Source: Octopus sinensis (taxonomy: Eukaryota). From it: 11,420 bases of DNA. Below are positions 7,263 to 11,420 of this stretch, piece after piece. The stretch is taken from NCBI RefSeq assembly GCF_006345805.1, contig NW_021827450.1, forward strand, positions 1 to 11,420, in the 5' to 3' direction. Made by a program: the position numbers and the translations under genes. Under the pieces are notes generated by a model, which was given only the letters and a program-made list of their open reading frames with translations, was not told where the DNA came from and did not search any database. Numbering within the stretch: the first letter of the stretch is position 1; the number at the start of each line of letters is the position of its first letter.

Positions 7263-7478
7263 TATATATATGTTTTCTTGTTTTACTTCTTTTTTTCAAG
7301 TTAAATCAAAACAAATTCATGAAATGATTCTCATCTCTTACTTGTAAGTTTTTGTACTTAGAAGACTTACAGAAAGTAAATAAAAACTTATGTTTACAAT
7401 AAGGTTTTGATTCCTGATCAGCAAATTTTCACTAAAAGTCACTCACTGTAGCTTCCTGATGAAGATTATTGATAACTG

Positions 7479-7479
<1 letters not shown>

Positions 7480-7526
<47 letters not shown>
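7480..7526. repeat. Perfect (CA)n microsatellite, ~23 units
   Basis: Direct reading. Confidence 0.97.
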
Positions 7527-7528
<2 letters not shown>

Positions 7529-7624
7529 TCTTCCTCAAATTATTTAGAATACGGCACAAGAAAGAAACGTTTTTCTTCTTGTCTTTACTGAAAGGCTAAA
7601 GAGGTGGCTATAATGGGCCTGTTT

Positions 7625-7845
7625 TGGGCCCTAAGTCTCATAAGGCCAGAGCTTAACCCGATTTCTATTACATATAAGCAACTGCGATTACAACAGTATC
7701 CTCTGGAAAGAATGCTAATCCATCACATGGTTAACTTTCCAGTTATATTGTTGGGACTCATTTACAGCTGAGTGGACTGGAGCAATGTGAAATTAAGTGT
7801 TTTGCTCAAGAAAACATCACATGACCCAGTCCAGGAATCGAAAAC
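7625..7845 (-). mobile_element. Family-B SINE, 5'-truncated (box A missing), reverse orientation
   Basis: Reverse complement ttcgattcctggactggg...ttcttgagcaaaacacttaatttcacattgctccagtccactcagctg aligns to 3864-3941. The 3' boundary is approximate. Confidence 0.8.
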
Positions 7846-8019
7846 ATATATTCTGTAGGAAAACATGTATCACAGATTCTACATACTTCTAATATAGGTC
7901 ATCTCTGAGTTTGGGCTGGGCTGGGCTGTGTACAACTCAGCTTGGAGTGAAACTCAGCTAATTTTTGCACTCTGTAAAATATGCATTAATGTACTTTACA
8001 TACCTTGTATTGCTGTCTG

Positions 8020-8066
8020 TCTGTATGAGTATACATGTGTATAAGAATATGTGTGAATGTGTGTGG

Positions 8067-8116
<50 letters not shown>

Positions 8117-8392
8117 TGTGCTTTATAAGTATATATGTGTATAAGAATGTGTGTGATGTATTAATGTTTTTATAAGTATATAATATATAAAGATAAATGT
8201 GTGATGTATATACATGTGTGTAAGAATATATATATATATATATGTGTGTGTGGTGTGTGTGTATGCTTGTATAAGTATATATGTGTATAAGAATGTGTGT
8301 GATATAATATGTGTCTATAAGTATATAAGTAAGTGTCTAAAGAATATATATGTGTATGTATATACATGTGTGTAAGAATATGTATATATCAT
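8020..8392. repeat. Compound (TA)/(TG) microsatellite with recurring atgtgt(a/g)taagaat motif
   Basis: Pure (TA)n at ~8068-8111. The motif recurs about six times, with two related ~120-130 bp blocks at ~8122 and ~8269. Confidence 0.9.
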
Positions 8393-8958
8393 ATGGGAAT
8401 CTAGATCTTTCTTAAATCTATGCCATGCATAGATAACTCTCTCACACGTATTTATATACATTTGCCATAAGCTATATATATTGATTAATAAAAAAAAAAT
8501 AAAAACCCAATAAATCTAATAGAGCAAGGGAAAATAACTCAATAACAGAAATAAGCCAATGGCATGGATTGAAATAAGTCAAGTATGTATAGATGCACTG
8601 AATGACTGAATTCCATATACATGCAAAAAAAAGTGTTTAATGAATTAAAATTTTCGTCATAGAGAAACAAAATTAAAAAAAAAAAAAAAAAGAAGCAAAA
8701 ACTAGCAGCATTTGTTAGCAACTCACAAAGAAAAGGAAGGCAAAGTTAGTGAATTAAGAATGAATTTAAAAAAAAAAAAATATTCTTAATTCTCATATCT
8801 GAGGGAGAAATCTGATGTTTATTAAGTAGATATGGTGACAACGAGAGACAGTTTTTTGATGGTTTTGCTGTGCTTTATCAGCTTGGTGGAAAGCTGCGTG
8901 ATCAATCACACTCGAGAAATAAACATAACTTTTCTTCTTTTTTTTTAAAAATTTTATA

Positions 8959-9132
8959 GGCGTAGGAGTGGCTGTGTGGTAAGTAGTTTGCTTACCAGCC
9001 ACATGGTTCCGGGTTCAATCCCACTGTGTGACACCTTGCGTATGTGTCTTCTACTATAGCTTCGGGCCTACCAAAGCCTTGTGAGTGGATTTGGCAGATG
9101 GAAACTGAAAGAAACCCATCGTATATATCGTA

Positions 9133-9174
<42 letters not shown>

Positions 9175-9420
9175 TGTATGTGTGTGTGTGTGTATATGTT
9201 TGTGTGTCTGTGTTTGTCCCCCCAACATTGCATGACAACCGATGCTGGTGTGTTTATGTCCCTGTAACTTAGCGGTTCGGTACAAGAGACTGATAGAATA
9301 AGTACTAGGCTTACAAAGAATAAGTCCTGGGGTTGATCTGCTCAACTAAAGGCGGTGCTCCAGCATAGCCACAGTCAAATGACTGAAACAAGTAAAAGAG
9401 TAAAAGAGTAAACAGTATAG
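8959..9420 (+). mobile_element. Family-C SINE, best-preserved copy, long internal (TA)n(TG)n, (AGTAAAAG)n tail
   Basis: ggcgtaggagtggctgtgtggtaag head, box B gggttcaatccc, co-linear with 5797-6190, tail agtaaaagagtaaaagagtaaa. Confidence 0.92.
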
Positions 9421-9425
9421 AGTTG

Positions 9426-9802
9426 CATGTGTGGCTGTGTGGTAAGAAGCTTGTTGCACATGGTTCTGGGTTCAGTCCCACTGTGTAGCACCTTGGGCAA
9501 GTGTCTTCTATTATAGCCTCAGACCAGCCAAAGCATTGTGAGTGGATTTGGTAGAAAAAAATCTGAAAAAAAGCCTGTTGTGAGTGTATGTGTGTGTCTG
9601 TCTGTGAGTCTGTGTTTGTTCCACACTATTGCTTGATAACTGGTGTTGCTGTGTCTACATTCCTGTAACTTAGCAGTTCAGCAGAAAGAAAATGATAGAA
9701 TAAGTACCTGGCTTTAACAAAATGTAAATACAGGTGTCTTCAAGGTGCTGCTCTAGCATGGCCACAGTCTAATGATTGAAACAAGTAAAAGAGAAAATAT
9801 AG
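9426..9802 (+). mobile_element. Family-C SINE, older copy in tandem directly after the 8959 copy
   Basis: tgtggctgtgtggtaag...gggttcagtcccactgtgtagcaccttgggcaagtgtcttcta...ggtgctgctctagcatggccacagtctaatgattgaaacaagtaaaag. Confidence 0.88.
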
Positions 9803-10079
9803 AAAAGGGTTATGAATAATTTGCATTAATTTGCATAAATAAAAAAAATGACTGAATTAAGGGAAATAATTGATGAGGCAATAGAATGGATTGAGATAAA
9901 TCATTATGTATGATTGTATTGAATGACTCATTTATTAGAAACACATGCAATCACACATATATATTAGAAAGCCTAGCTGTGAGAGAAATAAGAATGTGAG
10001 CAGATTTCTCCAATATTGTCAATGAATGAAGAGAAGATATGGGTGACTGCTCTTTGAAAGTATATCTGGTTCCTTTCCC

Positions 10080-10318
10080 CATTTTGTGGTGAATTTGGTA
10101 GACAGAAACTGTGTGGAAGCCTATCGTGTGTGTGTGTGTGTGTGTGTCCCACCAACAGTTGATAACTGGTGTTGGTTTGTTTGCATCACCCCAACTTAGT
10201 GACAAAAGAGACCAATAGAATAGACAGTAGATAAATACTGAGGCTGGTTTGTTTGACTAAACCCCTCGAGGTGGTGCCCCAGCATGGTCGTAGTCCAACA
10301 AGTGAAACAAATAAAAGC
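10080..10318 (+). mobile_element. Family-C SINE, 5'-truncated and diverged
   Basis: gaatttggtagacagaaactg...(TG)n...ttgataactggtgttgg...aaaagagaccaatagaata...ggtggtgccccagcatgg...tgaaacaaataaaag. Confidence 0.75.
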
Positions 10319-10653
10319 TAAAAGATCTATGTGCCTCTGTTTGTGTGTGTACTGTCCCCTGACAAAACTCCTTGACACCTCATCTTCCTGACACACCCAC
10401 CATCCAATGCACTCTCCTTCATGTGCCTAACCGCACATTCTCCAGGTCCTTGCATATCTACCACACCCATGCCCCAGCTACTCCAATTCCTCTCACCATC
10501 ACTTGCTATCTCTAAACATACCCCCTCATGGAACATCCCCTTCTATCTCCTCTGTACTACTTTTACTCTCCACAAGAGATGCAAGCTCGTCTTTTACCCT
10601 ACTAGGCTCGTTCGTATTAGCCCAAGTTCTTGGATAAATTTTCGTTCCTTTAA

Positions 10654-10873
10654 CCCTTTCATTACCGTATTTATTTTGAGATGCTCTATGTTTCTTTCAA
10701 TTATTTTAAATATAACAAAGAATTTAGTAAAATAACTTAGTTATCATTAAGCTAGTGTTAGGAACATAAATTGTGACTAAGGTTTGGTGGAAGATTTTAT
10801 TTCAGAACTTATGGAAACAAGACATTTATACTCAGAGCCAGAGCTGGTTTCAGCCGGGATGGTAATGAAAGGG
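10654..10873. mobile_element. piggyBac-type MITE (220 bp)
   Basis: Perfect 13-bp TIRs, ccctttcattacc (10654-10666) and ggtaatgaaaggg (10861-10873). TTAA duplication at 10650-10653 and 10874-10877; CCC/GGG termini. Confidence 0.92.
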
Positions 10874-11061
10874 TTAAGAATATTGTAGAACGGAAACTCT
10901 TCATAGATTGGAATTTAAATCCTAATCTCTATAGACCAGAGTTGTGAGCAGTTCTGGGTCTTAGCCCTCCTTGAGGTAAGCGATATCCAGGAAGTCAACC
11001 TATATTGTTACTGTTGGGGTTTCTCATTGTGAAAAATTCACATCCCAGCCTCAGCGGCCTC

Positions 11062-11072
11062 TATATATATAT

Positions 11073-11127
<55 letters not shown>

Positions 11128-11200
11128 TTGCGTACATCTATTTCATTTGTGTGTATACATCTATGTGTGTGTGTGTATGATTGTATGTCTAAGTGAATGC
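11062..11200. repeat. (TA)n(CA)n followed by degenerate (TG) microsatellite
   Basis: Direct reading. Confidence 0.9.
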
Positions 11201-11420
11201 ATGTGTGTAACTTTCCTATTATGTGAATGCCTTCGGTCTACCGTTAATGTAATTATGCTCAATTATCCTTGCAATACAATCTTCTTCACCCATGCCACTG
11301 CTTCTAATGTTACCATCTCGTTGTACAGTCTCGCAGGTGTATGTGTATATACGTCTATGTATGCGTGTGCACGCGTGATCCTGTCTCTGTCATCTGAGTA
11401 TTATTAAACAACCCCTGTGC

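Noticed and set aside
7301-7343. Plus-strand 43-nt exon candidate with strong pyrimidine tract and gtaagt donor
   Set aside because: Exon is very AT-rich, its one open frame (KSKQIHEMILISY) is unrecognised, and the tract adjoins a T-rich repeat remnant.
7456-7480. Second CTGATGA hammerhead core box (ctgatgaagattattgataactgtc)
   Set aside because: No GAAA box, no pairable stem II and no stem I.
10935-10975. Plus-strand 41-nt exon candidate (ctatag|...GAG|gtaagc)
   Set aside because: Only one open frame (QSCEQFWVLALLE), no supporting neighbouring exons or homology.

Overview
Eukaryotic, AT-rich, repeat-saturated non-coding DNA, intronic or intergenic. The SINE families and microsatellite load resemble octopus (coleoid cephalopod) repeats; that assignment is from recall, not a database search. 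No protein-coding gene can be supported, and all long ORFs in the supplied track are microsatellite or repeat artefacts. The window holds about ten tRNA-derived SINE copies from three families (called A, B and C here), a non-autonomous Helitron (592-971), a piggyBac-type MITE with TTAA duplications (10654-10873), a ~550-bp element flanked on both sides by (TAA)n (4620-5173), an inverted pair of retroelement 3' ends (1-430), and many compound microsatellites. The most interesting observations are: (i) a B+A chimeric SINE flanked by a 16-bp target-site duplication inside an older SINE; (ii) a decayed minimal type I hammerhead ribozyme of the Penelope-like kind at 7134-7169; (iii) the (TAA)n-embedded element, which suggests Dong/R4-like target-specific mobilisation; (iv) modular head, body and tail swapping among the SINE families. 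I see no evidence for a new protein-based system.
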